Origin: Asterionella formosa | Taxonomy: Eukaryota | Length of the DNA stretch: 20,000 nucleotides | Direction: 5' to 3' | Assembly (NCBI GenBank): GCA_002256025.1 | Contig: NKIB01012576.1 | Span: 55,625 to 75,624 of the forward strand | In this document: positions 18,942-20,000 of the stretch, one piece after another | Numbering within the stretch: position 1 is the stretch's first letter | Layout: each line of letters opens with the position of its first letter | Made by a program: the position numbers and the translations under genes | Notes under the pieces: generated by a model | Told to the model about the DNA's origin: nothing | The model's database searches: none | The model's input: the letters and a program-made list of their open reading frames with translations, nothing else

Positions 18942-20000
18942 GCAAAACGTACCGACGTTTCAGATGAGGTACTATTAAACCAGTTGCGTTCCACTAATAG
19001 CAACCAACCAAGACCAGAATCAGCACCGAATGCAATGCAACTCTATGGGATGTGATCTCGTCTCAATTATACTGATCAACTCATGTGAACTCTCCAAAAT
19101 ATAGTTAAAAGAGGAATATAAAAATGTCCTCATGGCTGAGTCGGTAACCTTTTTTGATGGCAAGGTTGTAGAGAATGGTTGTAGATTGCTGTACATGCCA
19201 TGATTCAAAGACAATGAGTGAGCGAGTTGATGAAGTCTAAAGTTTATGAAGTGGAGAAATGGTGGGAGTATCAGCACTACCATCAGCCAGGCACTGTAGA
19301 TGTTTCAATGTAGCGAACATGATGAAGTATTAGACTAGACTACTGGTATTCATCTTCCTGGTGATATTGTACCCATTCAAAGCCTCAGAGTATAGTGGTA
19401 CATTACTACTGGTATGTTTGTGTTCAAAAAATCTTTAACTATATGAACTTTTATGTGTCAACTATAGCAGGCTGTTGAGTCCCTGCTATAGATTAATATT
19501 TATGTGAAAAGGTAGTCTCCTGGCTTGCTTCATCAGATCAGGAGGAACACAGATGAACCTTGCCTCAAAAGTACAAAAAGCAATTCATTTCAGGAATGTG
19601 TTGGAATTAACATGTTTCAAACAAAAAACACAGGAGGTCACTCTTTTTATGACAAGAAAAAAGTGAAATACAGCCACACTTGTTGGCAAAGAAGGAACAT
19701 TACAAGTACTACCAGTACTCAAGTGTCACTGCTGACCAAGGACTAATAGTAGGCTAGTGTTACTGGAGCATCAGCTGATCATGTTGTAATTAGGACTTGA
19801 GCTCTAGAAATACTGGTTATGATTGTTTCCATCTTTTGATTTTTTGCAGTAGACTGCAATCACATTTTTGCTGCATCTAAGCCGCGTATTACGTGAAGTG
19901 ACCATCACATAAATAAGCCTAGTTGATTTTGAATGCATCACATGAATTAGTTGAATACATCAAAATACGTAGTTGAATATATCTATATATTATCTGAATA

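Noticed and set aside
19462..19491. 10-bp perfect hairpin (CTATAGCAGG/CCTGCTATAG) as a Helitron 3' end or terminator
   Set aside because: No CTRR at the expected distance and no second copy in the window. The IR is real but cannot be assigned.

Overview
Eukaryotic, very probably diatom, genomic DNA. The evidence is short GT-AG introns, a DUF6824 protein, signal+transit presequences and CoDi-like copia remnants. Six supportable genes: a spliced MORN-repeat protein, a DUF6816-like Tat/thylakoid-lumen protein, a proteasome beta-2 subunit with a signal peptide (candidate periplastid copy), a histidine phosphatase, a DUF6824 protein and spliced ALG14. The intergenic DNA is CpG-depleted and repeat-rich. 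Highlights: (1) Non-coding DNA is littered with TA-[CCGG/CCWGG/CCAG/CTGG]-TA motifs and arrays. Two copies of one MITE show an empty TA versus TA+CCGGTA at the same site, which suggests transposon-footprint-like micro-insertions that build (GGTACCW)n satellites. (2) Two copies of a tRNA-derived SINE, each with a candidate TSD. (3) A nest at 15.6-18.05 kb: a Harbinger/copia chimera containing a SINE, which contains a TTAA-flanked Kolobok-like element, which contains fold-back MITEs. All alignments and counts were done by eye; no database searches were run.
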